DNA of 64,000 nucleotides from Octopus sinensis. Its lineage: Eukaryota. Of the stretch, positions 12,317-30,099 are shown one piece after another. Position 1 is the first letter of the stretch. The number at the start of each line of letters is the position of its first letter. A program made the translations under genes and the position numbers. The stretch spans positions 22,692,001 through 22,756,000 of the forward strand of contig NC_043014.1 of the NCBI RefSeq assembly GCF_006345805.1, in the 5' to 3' direction. The notes under the pieces were generated by a model. The model saw only the letters and a program-made list of their open reading frames with translations. It was not told where the DNA came from and did not search any database.

Positions 12317-13157
12317 CATATATATATATACATGTAGCGCTACATTGACAAGGGGCAATACCCCGAAACGCGTCAGTAGCTGTCGGACTGGCAGTGTGAA
12401 GCGGCTGACCTCCCTTGTTCGAAGGTTATAATGGATACAGATCGTGTATCAATAGCTATCTTAAGGCGGTGGCCTCATGGAGCTGACCAGCGCAGCGATT
12501 ATTCTTATATCTATAAGAATGCCATATTAATATGGCGATAACAATTAATATATATATATGTATATATATATATGTATATATATATGTATATTATATATAT
12601 ATGTATATATTATATATGTATATATATGTATATATATGTATATATATATATATATATGTATATATATGTATATTATATATATATATATGTACATATATAT
12701 ATATGTATATATATATATGTATATATATATATAACGGGAAGCTTTATGAAAATAGACAAAAGACGAAGGCAGGTGGAAAACAAACAAACAATTGTATTAG
12801 TATGGTGCTCAGGAAATATAAATAAAACAAGTCTTTAACGTTTCGAGCCTACGCTCTTCAACAGAAAGATACACAGACAGAAAAAAACACAGAAAGAAGG
12901 AGAGAAAAAAAATGCGTGCAGTAACTAACGAACCAACATGGCGATCAGATTTCAGCCAGAAGTCAAAGATCAAACATGAGACGCGAGAGCGAAATTAGGG
13001 AAGATAATATATGAGAAAATAAAAATACAACAGATATATATATATATATATATGTAGATATATATGTATATATATATATATATAATATATATATGTATAT
13101 ATATGTATATATATATATATATGTAGATATATATACATATATATATACATATATATA

Positions 13158-13375
13158 TCATCATCATCATCGTTTAACGTCCGTTTTCCGCGCTAGCACG
13201 GGTTGGACGGTTTCGACCGGGGTCTGGGGAGCTCGGGACTGCCCCAGGCTCCAGTCTAGTCTGGCAGTGTTTCTACAGCTGGATGCCCTTCCTAACGCCA
13301 ACCACTCCGCGAGTGTAGTGGGTGCTTTTTACGTGCCACCTGCACAGGTGCCAGAGGGGTCTGGCATCGGCCACA
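13158..13375 (-). mobile_element. RTE 3' stub with (GAT)n tail
   Basis: Nearly identical to 2695-2918. Confidence 0.9.
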
Positions 13376-13384
13376 TATATATAC

Positions 13385-13435
<51 letters not shown>

Positions 13436-13452
13436 TATATATACATATATAT

Positions 13453-13493
<41 letters not shown>

Positions 13494-13496
13494 TAT

Positions 13497-13830
13497 CATC
13501 ATCATCATCATCATCGTTTAGCGTCCGCTTTCCATGCTAGCATGGGTTGGACGGGTCAACTGGGGTCTGTGAAGCTGGAAGGCTTCGTCAGGCCCAGTCA
13601 GATCTGGCAGTTTCTACGGCTGGATGCCCTTCCTAACGCCAACCACTCAGCGAGTGTAGTGGGTGTTTTTTACGTGCCACCTGCACAGGTGCCAGACAGA
13701 GCTGGCGAACGGCCACGAACGGATGGTGCTTTTACGTGTCACCGGCACGGAGCCAGGCGATGCTGGCAACGGACACGAACGGACGGTGCTTTTACGTGTC
13801 ACCGGCATGGGGGCCAGCCGAGGCCATACT
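13497..13830 (-). mobile_element. RTE 3' stub with (GAT)n tail
   Basis: Terminal hairpin, GAAGGGCATCCAGC block and GGTGGCACGTAAAAA repeats. Confidence 0.88.
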
Positions 13831-13884
13831 AATATATATACATATATATATATACATATATATATATAATATATATATATATAC

Positions 13885-13915
<31 letters not shown>

Positions 13916-13926
13916 CATGTATATAT

Positions 13927-13975
<49 letters not shown>

Positions 13976-14067
13976 CATATATATATATACATGTATATAT
14001 ATACATGTATATATATACATATATATATACATATATATATATTTATATATATATATATATATATATA

Positions 14068-14222
14068 CTTTATTTTAAGCAGCAGAAAATTCAACAAAAT
14101 CTGTTACTCTGAGTTTCTCGTTGCCGTTCATCAGACAGTTTTTGCTAGACAAAAGCATATTACCACTGGTATTTGAGTACTCTTTTTTCCACCTTGTTTC
14201 ACATTTATGTGTTTACTCCGGT
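14068..14222 (-). mobile_element. Orphan pLTR-like fragment with a canonical-core HHR (14101-14138, minus strand)
   Basis: CUGU-CUGAUGA-A-CG(GCAA)CG-A-GAAAC-UC-A-GA-GUA/ACAG; homologous to 52175-52305. Confidence 0.65.
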
Positions 14223-14225
14223 ATA

Positions 14226-14257
<32 letters not shown>

Positions 14258-14404
14258 CATATATATACATATATATATACACATATATATATATATATAT
14301 GTATAAACATATATATATATATACATATATATATATGTACATATATATATATACATATATATATACATATATATATATATATACACATATATATATACAT
14401 ACAC

Positions 14405-14455
<51 letters not shown>

Positions 14456-14480
14456 CACACACACATATATATATATATAC

Positions 14481-18836
<4,356 letters not shown>

Positions 18837-18837
18837 C

Positions 18838-19074
18838 ATTGTATAGAGGGCATTAATAGGTTGGTGGTTTATTTATGATGTGTTCAGAATCAGTTCTGCT
18901 GAGGATCATAAGACGTAAGTTAAATGTGAAATCACGGTGATACAGAACTAAATTCATTTTTTAAATGTCTTGCTTTGAAGAACTGCATTTAGGTATGATT
19001 AGTGTAATTTTGGTAGTAATGACTTTGCCCCTCTTAGTGTGAGGCATTTATGTGTATAATGCCCTCTATACAAT
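18838..19074 (+). mobile_element. 237-bp non-coding element with 18-bp inverted termini and an internal HHR
   Basis: ATTGTATAGAGGGCATTA (18838-18855) and TAATGCCCTCTATACAAT (19057-19074); HHR at 18893-18948. Confidence 0.7.
18893..18948 (+). ncRNA. Type I hammerhead ribozyme
   Basis: GUUCUG-CUGAGGA-U-CAU-AA-GAC(GUAA)GUU-AA-AUG-U-GAAA-UCAC-G-GUGA-UA/CAGAAC; perfect 6-bp stem I, canonical core, near-palindromic helix III. Confidence 0.78.
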
Positions 19075-19205
19075 ATAGATATAATTATTTATTCAAAACA
19101 AAAAAATTATTTCGAATTCTTTTCTTTTATGAGGTTTTCACGCTAACTACCTGATAATTTTGTTAAGATCCCTTATTAAGAAGTTATCCTTAATTGTTAA
19201 ATATA

Positions 19206-19274
<69 letters not shown>

Positions 19275-19318
19275 CATATATAATTATACATATATATATA
19301 TATATAATATATATATAC

Positions 19319-19377
<59 letters not shown>

Positions 19378-19391
19378 TACAATATATATAA

Positions 19392-19423
<32 letters not shown>

Positions 19424-19466
19424 CATATATATAATATACATATAATTATATATATATATATATATA

Positions 19467-20772
19467 TGACTGGGTGCTGAAACAACTGCTCAACCACTCA
19501 AATGTGGAAGTCATATATCTCGACTTTGCAAAGGCTGTGATAAAGTCGATCAGGAATGATATGTCACAAACTGCGTGATCTTGGCATAGTTGGAAAATTG
19601 GGAGAATGGCTTCATGACTTTCTGAAGAATAGAAGTCAGGTGGTGTAACAGCCAATGGGGCCACTTCCATTAACACGCAAATAGTGAGCGGTGTTCTGCA
19701 GGGCACTGTTTGGGACCACTACTGTTCATAATGGCCCTCTCAGACATGCCCTCAGCCATGCAGAGAGGCACGATCACAAGGTATGCAGATGATACAAAAG
19801 TCTCACAGGCAATACAGAAGCCTGAAGACACTAAAAACTGCGTGAGCTGGACGAAATATACAAGTGGGCTGCAAAGAATAGCATGCAGTTCAATGCTGAA
19901 AAATTTCAAGCTTTATACTATCAGCATGCAAAACTGAATGCAATACCCAATGAATACACTGGACCCGGAGGGATTACAATCCCAGAGGCACAATCAGTGC
20001 GTGACTTGGGTATTCACATGAGTGATGACGCGACCTTTCATGTACATGTTGCTAAACTGACAATGAAATGTAGACGGCTGGCTGGCTGGATTCTTAGATC
20101 CTTTAGAACAAGAGAACAAGAAACCATGATGGTCCTCTGGAAGACACTTGTCCTAAGCCACTTTGACTATTGCTCTCAGCTATGGTCACCATCCAGTGTC
20201 AAGATGATCACAGAACTTGAGACGATCCAACGAAGCTACACGAAGAAGATAGCCTCTGTGCAGCATATGAACTACTGGGAAAGACTCAAGAGATTAAGGC
20301 TCTATTCCCTGGAGCGTAGGCGAGAAAGATATGCCATAATATATATCTGGAAGATCCCAAACTTTGGCGTCGAGAGTCACACAAATGCCAGAACCGTGCG
20401 TCACTGCATAGTACCAAGGACTCCAAATTTGCCATCAAGATGTAGGACAAGATATTGTGATAGCCTGGGCTTCAGAGGCCCACAGCTCTTCAATATCCTC
20501 CCAAAGAACCTGAGGGACCTGCATGGTGTAGATGCGGATGTCTTTAAAGTAGGACTGGACCTCTTCCTGTCAGGTGTCCCGGATGAACCAACTTCACGGC
20601 TAGAGGTGCAGATGAGGGCAGCTGCATCGAACTCTCTCATGCATCAGATGGCGTTTGCTAAAAAGCATCCGTGAGGTAAAATCGTGTAGCAAACCAAATG
20701 GCGGTGCCCCAGCATGGCCACAGCTCATTAGCTGAAACTGGTAAAATCAAAATCAAATCAAAATGAAAAATC
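19467..20772 (+). mobile_element. CR1-like LINE family 2, 5'-truncated copy (RT C-terminus, 3'UTR, AAATC-type tail)
   Basis: YLDFAKA, GTVW/LGPLLF, YADD, SVRDLG, FDYCSQLW, SLERRRER; ORF 19883-20674. Confidence 0.9.
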
Positions 20773-20801
20773 ATATATATATATATATACATATATACAT
20801 G

Positions 20802-20839
<38 letters not shown>

Positions 20840-20850
20840 CATATATACAT

Positions 20851-23045
20851 ACTCAAACTCGGTGTGTGACACACTAATTGTACATATAAGGCAACTTGAT
20901 GTAGTTGTGTGTGCTACATATCGCCCTCCAGATGCCCCAAGCCATATGGGCAAGTTTGAAGACTGCCTTTTAAAAATAGAAGAAGTTCTAGACACACTAG
21001 AACAGCACATAAGTGTACTTCTCATGGGAGACTTCAACCTGCCCAATGTCAGATGGCCCGAGGGCCTTTCTCTCCCAGGAATGACACGATGTGAACGGGG
21101 ACAGGCGAGGTCCCTCATGAACCTCATCAACACCCTGTACATGGAGCAAGTAATACTCCACACCAACCAGGGCAGGTAAACACTGGACCTCTGCTTCACA
21201 AATAATATGGATCTCATCCATAATGTGAAAGTGACACCGACACTACTCTCGGATCACAACATGGTAGAGCTGACTATTACGGGCCAAAGGAAAGCATGGA
21301 CATGCCCTACAAGAAGCTCTCAGAATCTTTTCCAGCTTGAACTTCAATAAGGCAAACTGGAAACAAATTGAGAAAAGAGATCCTCAAACAAAACTGGCCT
21401 GAATGTCTCTCCTCGCCGACATCGACATGAACTTAACAATTCATGTCTGTAATGCAAGCCATATGCTACAAATGTGTCCCAGAGAGAAAGCCACTGTACA
21501 CAAGAACAAAATCCCCAGAGAGAGGAAATTTTTAATGAGACGGCGTACAAAAATTTCAAATCGCCTAAACAAACAAATTGAAAGCAGTGAAAAGTCCCGC
21601 CTGAAATAAAACTGTTGGAAATTGAAAATTGTCTGCAACTCTCCCATGAAAAGAAAGAGCAGACAAAGAAGCCTGGGCTATAGACAACATAAAAACTAAC
21701 CCCAGAAGCTTTCCTACAGGTATGCCAAAGAAACAGCTACGGTGCACTGTAGGATAGGGCCACTCCTTGAAAAGGATGGCAACCTCACAGGAAAACCAAT
21801 GAGGGTAAGTGAAAATACTGATGAACAATTCAAGAGTGTTTTCACTCCACCCCTTGGGCATTTCCAAATCAGCAATCCAACTGACTTCTTTACCACTGCA
21901 GATATAAAATCAGAGGCGGCGACGATAAATCACATCGATATAAAGGAAGACGATGTAATAAAGGCTATAGATGAAATGAAAACAGACTCAGCTATTGGCC
22001 CCGATGGCAATCCTCCTAAAAGTATGTAAGAGAGTCCTAGCAAGACCACTGCAGTTCCTCTTTCAGAGCTTCCTTGCAGCTGGCAAACTTCCAAGAAAAC
22101 TGAAGGAAGGTAAAATATGCCCTATTCATAAAGGTGGTAGCAGAGCAGAGGCCAAGAACTACAGACCTATCTCTCTCACCTCACACATCAGCAAGGTCAT
22201 GGAACGAATAGTTAGAAGGAAACTAATCACCTTCCTTGAAGAAAATGACTTGCTGCCTGACACCCAACATGGTTTCCGACCAGGAAGAAGCTGCTTAACT
22301 CAGCTCCTACAACACTATGACTGGGTGCTGAAACAACTTCCATTAACACGCAAATAGTGAGCGGTGTTCCGCAGGGCACTGTTTTGGGACCACTACTGTT
22401 CATAATGGCCCTCTCAGACATGCCCTCAGCCATGCAGAGAGGCACGATCACAAGTTATGCAGATGATACAAAAGTTTCACAGGCAATACAGAACCCTGAA
22501 GACACTAAGCACCTGCAATGTGAGCTGGACGAAATATACAAGTGGGCTGAAAAGAATAGCATGCAATGCTGAAAAGTTTCAAGCTTTACACTATCAGCAT
22601 GCAAAACTGAATGCAATACTCAATGAATACACTGGACGCGGAGGGATTGCAATCCCGGAGGCACAATCAGTGCGTGACCTGGGTATTCACATGAGTGATG
22701 ACGCGACCTTTCAGTACATGTTGCTAAACTGACAATGAAATGTAGACGGCTGGCTGGCTGGATTCTTAGAACCTCAGAACAAGAGAACAAGAAACCATGA
22801 TGGTCCGCTGGAGACACTTGTCCTAAGCCACTTTGACTATTGCTCTCAGCTATGGTCACCATCCAGTGTCAATTGATCACAGAACTTGAGGCGATCCAAC
22901 GAAGCTACACGAAGAAGAGAGCCTCTGTGCAGCATATGAGCTACTGGGAAAGACTCAAGAGATTAAAGCTCTATTCCCTGGAGCGCAGGCGAGAAAGATA
23001 TGCCATAATATATATATAGAAGATCCTGGGAGGTTCTGTCCCAGA
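20851..23045 (+). mobile_element. CR1-like LINE family 2, second copy (part of APE to RT), frameshifted, with an internal deletion of roughly 190 bp, ending at the assembly gap
   Basis: YRPP, MGDFNLP, NYRPISL, QHGFR, GVPQGTVLGP, YADD; about 22365-23030 is near-identical to about 19700-20350. Confidence 0.9.
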
Positions 23046-23145
23046 NNNNNNNNNNNNNNNNNNNNNNNNNNNNNNNNNNNNNNNNNNNNNNNNNNNNNNN
23101 NNNNNNNNNNNNNNNNNNNNNNNNNNNNNNNNNNNNNNNNNNNNN
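23046..23145. other. Assembly gap (100 N)
   Basis: Run of N. Confidence 1.
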
Positions 23146-23247
23146 AATGGAAAGATGATTATCTTGTAACGGATTATTCAAAAGTTTAACCGAATTGCTT
23201 TGCTGTGCCTCTGTTTTGTTTTGTTCTGACAACGTAATTCCTGGTTT

Positions 23248-23327
23248 TTCCTGAAGAGAAAGCTGCAATATGGTATCTATTATTAATACGAATTTGGAAA
23301 ATTGTGGCCTTTGAAACATGTGTAGAA
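23248..23327 (+). ncRNA. Type I HHR-like motif with a long stem II
   Basis: UUC-CUGAAGA-G-AAAG-CUGC...GUGG-C-CUUU-GAAAC-AUGU-GUA/GAA; canonical core; stem I only 3 bp. Confidence 0.5.
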
Positions 23328-23384
23328 TGTAATAAAAGGAATTCTGTACAATCTTCGTTCAACTCCATTTCTTCCATTCACTAT

Positions 23385-23432
<48 letters not shown>

Positions 23433-23457
23433 TATATATTATATATATATATATATA

Positions 23458-23576
<119 letters not shown>

Positions 23577-23645
23577 GTGTATATATATATATATGTATAT
23601 ATATTATATTGTATATATATATATGTATATATATATATGTATATG

Positions 23646-23699
<54 letters not shown>

Positions 23700-23719
23700 G
23701 TATATATATTATATATGTA

Positions 23720-24905
23720 ATTTAAATTCCCAATTCAACTTACTTCTTCTTCAATTTCAACTCTCGATCGATGCCCGCAGCAAGTTCTTAAAAATTTATC
23801 TTACTATTTTTATTCGTTGTTACTACGTTTATCATACATTGTTACGAAAATTTAACCTTTTAGGCTACTTTCAAGCCTTCGCCATAACTTGATTTATTTC
23901 CTATCTCTCTCTCTACAAAATTTAACCTTAGGCTACCTCAAGCCGTAATCCCATCTCTTCCCATCTTTCCGCCATTGGCGGTGCGCCCGCCCCCATCACC
24001 AATACGATGAACACTGTTCTCACCCCCACCACCAATACGGTGAACTCTGTTCTCACCACCACCACCACCAATACCGGTGAACACTGTTCTCACCCCCACC
24101 ACCAATACCAGTATACCCTGTTCTCACCATCTACACCGGATACGCCTACTCATCTACACCGGGTACGCCCTACTCCCTCCCCCTCCCCCCACTACCCCTT
24201 CTCATATGCTTTCACTGTGAAAAGACAAGCTGCTAGCGCCATAGCTCATCAACTGCCCACGATCTTACGCTTCCTCCTGACACTGCCTCATTCCGACCAT
24301 CCCCTTTAGTACCCTCCCGCCTCGTAATATCCTACGTTTTTATTTCTTAGGAACCTTCACCACCCTTCCTGCCATCGTTCCTCCTTACCCCAATCTTCCC
24401 CACTGGTTGCTCCCCTATATTACCCGCCTCAACTGGACCCCCCCCTCCCCAACTCAACTCTAGAATATCTGTATTTCTTTCCTCTACCTAATTACGTTAC
24501 TCAGTGACGATAAATGCTGTGACTACAAAGACCCGGGCTGCTTTCTGCAGCAATTCACATACCCCATACCCATTCTAAGTACCCCGGATCCCCAAAGTAC
24601 CCTGGATCCCCAAAGTACCCCGATCCCCAAAGTACCCCGGACCTCGTTGCCCCCGTCCGCTGACACGTTAAAATGCTCGAACCGATCGTGAAGATGCCGG
24701 ACCCTCCGGCCCCTGTGCAGGTGGCACGTAAAAAGCACCCAATCCACTCACGGAGTGGTTGGCGTTAGGAAGGGCATCCAGCCGTAGAAACTCTGCCAGA
24801 TTCAGACTGGAGCCTGGTGCGGCCCCTGGCTTCCCAGACCCGGTCAAACCGTCCAACCCGTGCTAGCGCGGAAAGCGGACGTTAAACGATGATGATGATG
24901 ATGAT
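23720..24905 (+). mobile_element. Non-coding bipartite element: RTE 5'UTR-like head with short internal repeats, joined to the RTE 3' tail
   Basis: CATCTTTCC..GCGGTGCGCCCGCCC at 23962-23992 also occurs at 58366-58395 in the 5'UTR of RTE copy B; 24700-24905 is the RTE tail. The 5' boundary is uncertain. Confidence 0.55.
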
Positions 24906-25002
24906 ATATATATATATGTATATATATATATGTGTATATATATATACATGTGTACATATATATATATATACATGTGTTATATATATATATATATTTATAT
25001 AC

Positions 25003-25043
<41 letters not shown>

Positions 25044-25213
25044 TTATATACACACATATATATATATATATAATATATATGTGTAATATATATATATACA
25101 TGTGTATATATATATATACATGTGTATATATATATATCTATATACATATATATATGTATATATATATATGTGTATATATATATATATATATGGTATATAT
25201 ATATACATATACA

Positions 25214-25247
<34 letters not shown>

Positions 25248-25309
25248 CATATATATATATACATATATATATGCATATATATATATACATATATATATAT
25301 ACACATATA

Positions 25310-25640
25310 CTTTTTTCTGTTACTCTTTTTACTTGTTTCAGTCACTTGACTGCGGCCATGCTGGAGCACCGCCTTTAGTCGAGCAAATCGACCCCGGGAC
25401 TTATTCTTTGTAAGCCCAGTCCTTATTCTATCGGTCTCTTTTGCCGAACCGCTAAGTGATGGGGACGTAAACACACCAGCATCGGTTGTCAAGCAATGCT
25501 AGGGCAACAAACACAGACACACAAACATATTCACACACACTTATATATATATATATATATACGTATATACAACAGGTTTCTTTCAGTTTCCGTCTACCAA
25601 ATCCACTCACAAGGCATTGGTCGGCCCGGAGCTATATATG
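25310..25640 (-). mobile_element. SINE (5'-truncated) with an internal microsatellite and a CR1-like 3' end
   Basis: Reverse complement matches 56520-56950. Confidence 0.8.
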
Positions 25641-26157
25641 TATATATATATATGTATATATATATATGTATATATGTATATGTATATATATGTATATGTA
25701 TATATATGTATATATATGTATATGTATATATATGTATATGTATATATATGTATATGTATATATATGTATATGTATATATATGTATATATATGTATATGTA
25801 TATATATGTATATATATATATATGTATATATTTATATATGTATATTTATATATATGTATATTTATATATATGTATATATATACATGTATATATATGTATT
25901 TATATATATATGTATATGTATATATATGTATTTATATATATATGTATATTTATATATATGTATTTATATATATATGTATATATATATATGTATATATATG
26001 TATGTAATATATATATATATATATGTATATATATATGTATATGTATGTATGTATATATATATGTATATATATGTATATATATATATGTATATATATATGC
26101 ATATATATATGTATATATATGTATGTATATATATGTATATATATGTATATATATATA

Positions 26158-29025
26158 TAACGGGAAGCTTTATGAAAATAAACAAAAGACGAAGGCAGGT
26201 GGAAAACAAACGAACAATTGTATTAGTATGGCGCTCAGGAAATATAAATAAAACAAGTCTTTAACGTTTCGAGCCTACGCTCTTCAACAGAAAGATACAC
26301 AGAGAGAGAAAAACACAGAAAGAAGGAGAGAAAAAAAATGCGTGCAGTAGCTAACGAATCAACATGGCGATCTGATTTCGGCCAGAGGTCAAAGATCAAA
26401 CATGAGACGCGAGAGCGAAATAAGGGGAGATAATAGGGTTGATAAATGGGTTGAGGGACCAGCTAAAAGTGCGTGGGAGGGGTCTGGATGTGTGTATGTA
26501 TAGGGTTGGTGTATGTATTAGTATGTATAAGGGTGTGTGTGTGTGTATGAGAGAGTATTAGTGCGTAAGATTGGTCTGGACGTGCGTATGTATGGGGTTG
26601 GTGTATGTATTAGTATGTATTAGTACGTATTGGTATGTATAGGTGTGTGTGTGTGTGTGTGAGAGAGTATAAGTGCGTATGCGGGGTCTGGACGTGTGTA
26701 TGTATAGGGTTGGTGTAAGTATTAGTATGTACTAGTATGTATTAGTACGTATTAGTATGTATTAGTACGTATTAGTATGTATTAGTTGGTGTGTGTATTA
26801 GTATGGCACATCATATGTGATGTGATGTGTAAAGTCATGTGGTGTAGTGAGGAGAAGAGGGGGACGGGGAGAAGAGGGGGAGGGGGAGAAGAGGGAGGGA
26901 GAGTAGGGGACGGGAAGAAGAGGGGGAGGAGAGGATGGGGGAGAAGGAGGGATGAGGGGGAGAGAGGGAGTGAGGGAGCAGAGGGAAGGGGAAGAGGGAG
27001 GGAGAAAGAGGGAAGAAGGGATGGGGAGTAGGGGTGAAAGGATGAAGGACTGAAGAAGTAGGGGTCGGGGGGAGAAAGGATAGGTGAGGAGGGGGGTGAG
27101 GTTAGATGAGTAGGGGGGGAGAGTTGAGACCAAATGGCGTATAAGAGCGAAGAGAGAAGATTAATTCCTGTTCACGGCGCAAACGGGAATCCGGATTGCC
27201 TCTGTGTAAGGACAAACCGAACACAGATAGGTGTTGCAAGGAGTGACCGGTGGAGCGGAAATGGCGTGAGACCGGTGTGTCGTTCGCAAGGTGGATGTCA
27301 CGAAGGTGTTCCGCGAACCGGTCAGCCAAGCGGCGTCCCGTTTGTCCGATGTACAAGGAATTGCAGAGAGAGCAAGAGATGCAATAGATAATATTGCTGG
27401 AGGTGCAGGTGAAGGAGTGGATGATGGGATAGGGTCGATGGTGGGTGCTAGTGAGGCGGGTGGTGTTGGAGAGGTAAGGGCAAGTGCGGCAACGTGGGCG
27501 GGAGCAGGGGAACGAGCCGGGTTGGGAGGTAGGGTCAGGGAAGGAGCTATGGACCAAAAGGTCTCGAAGGTTGTGGGCTCGTTTGAAAGAGGGGAGGGGT
27601 CGGTTAGGGAAGAGGTGTGAAGTGGACGGGTCGGACTGGAGATGACGGAAAGCTCGAAGAATGGTGCGTTGGAGACGTAGGGTCGTGGGGTGGTAAGTGA
27701 GGGGAAAATGGAGGCGGGAGACTACAGGGCGGGTTCGGGGAGAGAGAGCAGATACACGGTCCACGGACCGTGCTCTGGCAAGGGCGGTGTGGATAGTGGT
27801 GAGGGGGTATCCACGTAGGGTGAAGTGGTGAGCCATACGTTGAGACTGAGTCTCAAAGTCATGGTCGTCACTACAGAGCCTACGTAGACGGAGGAATTGG
27901 GAATAGGGGATGGAAAGCTTGGTGTGTTCTGGGTGGGAGGAAGAGAAGTTGAGGTATGAGTGTGAGTCTGTGTGTTTGTAGTGAATGGAGGTGGTAAGAG
28001 TGGAGTGAAGAATGCTAACCGAAATGTCGAGGAAGGAGACAGAGGTGTTGGAGATAGTGGAAGTGAAGTGGAGGGCTGGATGGAAAGATTGGACGAAAGA
28101 GAGGAAGGAATCTAGATGTTCGCGGGAGAGTGAGGTGGCACCGATAATGTCGTCAATATAACGACCATATAGTTCAGGAGTGGGACCAGTGAAATTAGAG
28201 AATATTTGGGCCTCAACATAGCCAACGAACAGGTTCGCATAGTTGGGGCCCATTCGCGTTCCCATGGCCACCTCACTCTGATGGTAGAACTCGCCCGCGA
28301 ACGAGAAGCAGTTCAGAGTAAGGACAAGTTCGGCCAGACGAATGAGTGTGGAGGTGTCAGGTACAGGGTTAGAGCGGAGGTCAAGAAAGTGTCGAAGGGC
28401 CTGCAGTCCTTCGTGGTGAGGGATAACAGTATAGAGGCTTTGGATGTCCATAGTAAAAAGGATTTTGGAGGAGCCGGGAGGAAAGGAGAAAGAGTTGAAA
28501 AGCCGGAGAGCATGGTTGGTATCGTGGATGTGGGAGGGAAGAGATGCCACTAGGGGGGCAAGGACACGGTCGAGGTATTTAGAGATGAGCTCCGTGGGGC
28601 AGTTACAGGCGGAGACGATGGGGCGGCCAGGGTTGTTGGGTTTGTGGATTTTGGGGAGGAAGTAAATGGTGGGGGTACGTGGGGTTCGCACAATTAGGTT
28701 GGATGCGGTGCGGGGGAGACGGGAGGACGAGATGAGGTCTTGAACAGTAGAGGATACCGTCTGTTGGTAGCTACGTGTGGGGTTAGAGGGCAGAGGGGAA
28801 TAGAAGGAGGTGTCATTGAGTTGGCGGAAAGCCTCGGCCCTATAGAGGTCCGCGCGCCACACCACTACAGCTCCACCCTTGTCAGCCGGTTTGATGATAA
28901 TGTCAGCACGCTGTTGGAGGGAACGAAGAGCCAAGAGCTCAGCCGGGGAGATGTTGAGGCGGCGTTGGCGCCTGGAGAAGTTGAACCGCTCCAATGCACG
29001 CTGACAAGCGCCCGCGAAAAGATCC

Positions 29026-29027
<2 letters not shown>
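26158..29027 (-). mobile_element. Penelope-like element PLE-2: 5'-truncated, long 3'UTR/pLTR with HHR
   Basis: ORF 27102-29027; purine-rich tract and GTATTAGTA mini-repeats in the 3'UTR; HHR at 26258-26295. Confidence 0.92.
27102..29027 (-). CDS. PLE reverse transcriptase + Cys-rich linker + GIY-YIG endonuclease (open for 641 aa, N-terminus missing)
   Basis: [61 protein letters not shown]...[25 protein letters not shown]. The linker is Neptune-like, which is an inference. Confidence 0.92.
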
Positions 29028-29057
<30 letters not shown>

Positions 29058-29136
29058 GTATATATATGTATATATATATGTATATATATGTATATATATA
29101 TATGTATATATAGATATATGTGTATATATATATATA

Positions 29137-29179
<43 letters not shown>

Positions 29180-30099
29180 GTGTATATATATATGTATATT
29201 TATGTATATGTGTATATATATATATGTATATATATATGTGTATATATTATATATATATGTATATATATATATATGGATATATATGTATATATATGTGTAT
29301 ATATATATATATGTGTGTGTGTGTATATATATCGATATATGTGTATATATATATATGTATATATATGTATATATATATGTATATATATGATATATATATA
29401 TATATGTATATATATATATGCATATATATATGTATATATATATATATGTATATATATTGTATATATATATATTGTATATATATATGTATGTGTATATATA
29501 TATATATGTATATTATATATATATATGTATATATATATATATGTATGTATATATATATGTATGTATATATATATATGTATATATAGAGAATTTTTGTTTT
29601 ATTCTTAGGAGGTATTGGAGAGTATATTATAACAGCTGGTGCAACATTCCCATCCCAGCATCTCATCCAATTGATGGCCTGTTAAATAGAGGGTGCTGGT
29701 GGTTATAGGTGCTGACACTGATGTTGCAAGACATAAAAAATAGTGTCATCTAAAAGGTTTGTTAGCAGCAGAGTTCCTTGTCAATATATGGCAATGCATA
29801 ACTGGCAATGTGTACCTGGCAGTGTAGAATAGGCAATGTGCAATTGACAACGAATAACTGGCAATGATTGACAGTGTGTTATCAGGAATGTATCATTGAC
29901 AATGTATAACTGGGAATGTGTTACTGGTAAAGTTTATGATGATGATGGAAATGAGCTTGAGGAAATATATCTTGTTCTCTTGTGGTACTTATTTACAGCT
30001 TAATGGACTGGGTCATTGAAAATCAAATGCCATGGACACAGTATCATATGTTGTACCAAAGACAAGAAAATAAACTTCTGGTTCTTCAGCTCATAGTCT

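Larger units (their letters stand above)
11401..13050. repeat. Tandem duplication (period about 933-937 bp) of a unit carrying two oppositely oriented HHR-bearing modules separated by (TA)n
   Basis: 11401-11615 matches 12334-12546, and 11795-12110 matches about 12731-13045; the second module matches the PLE-2 pLTR at 26158-26434. Confidence 0.92.
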
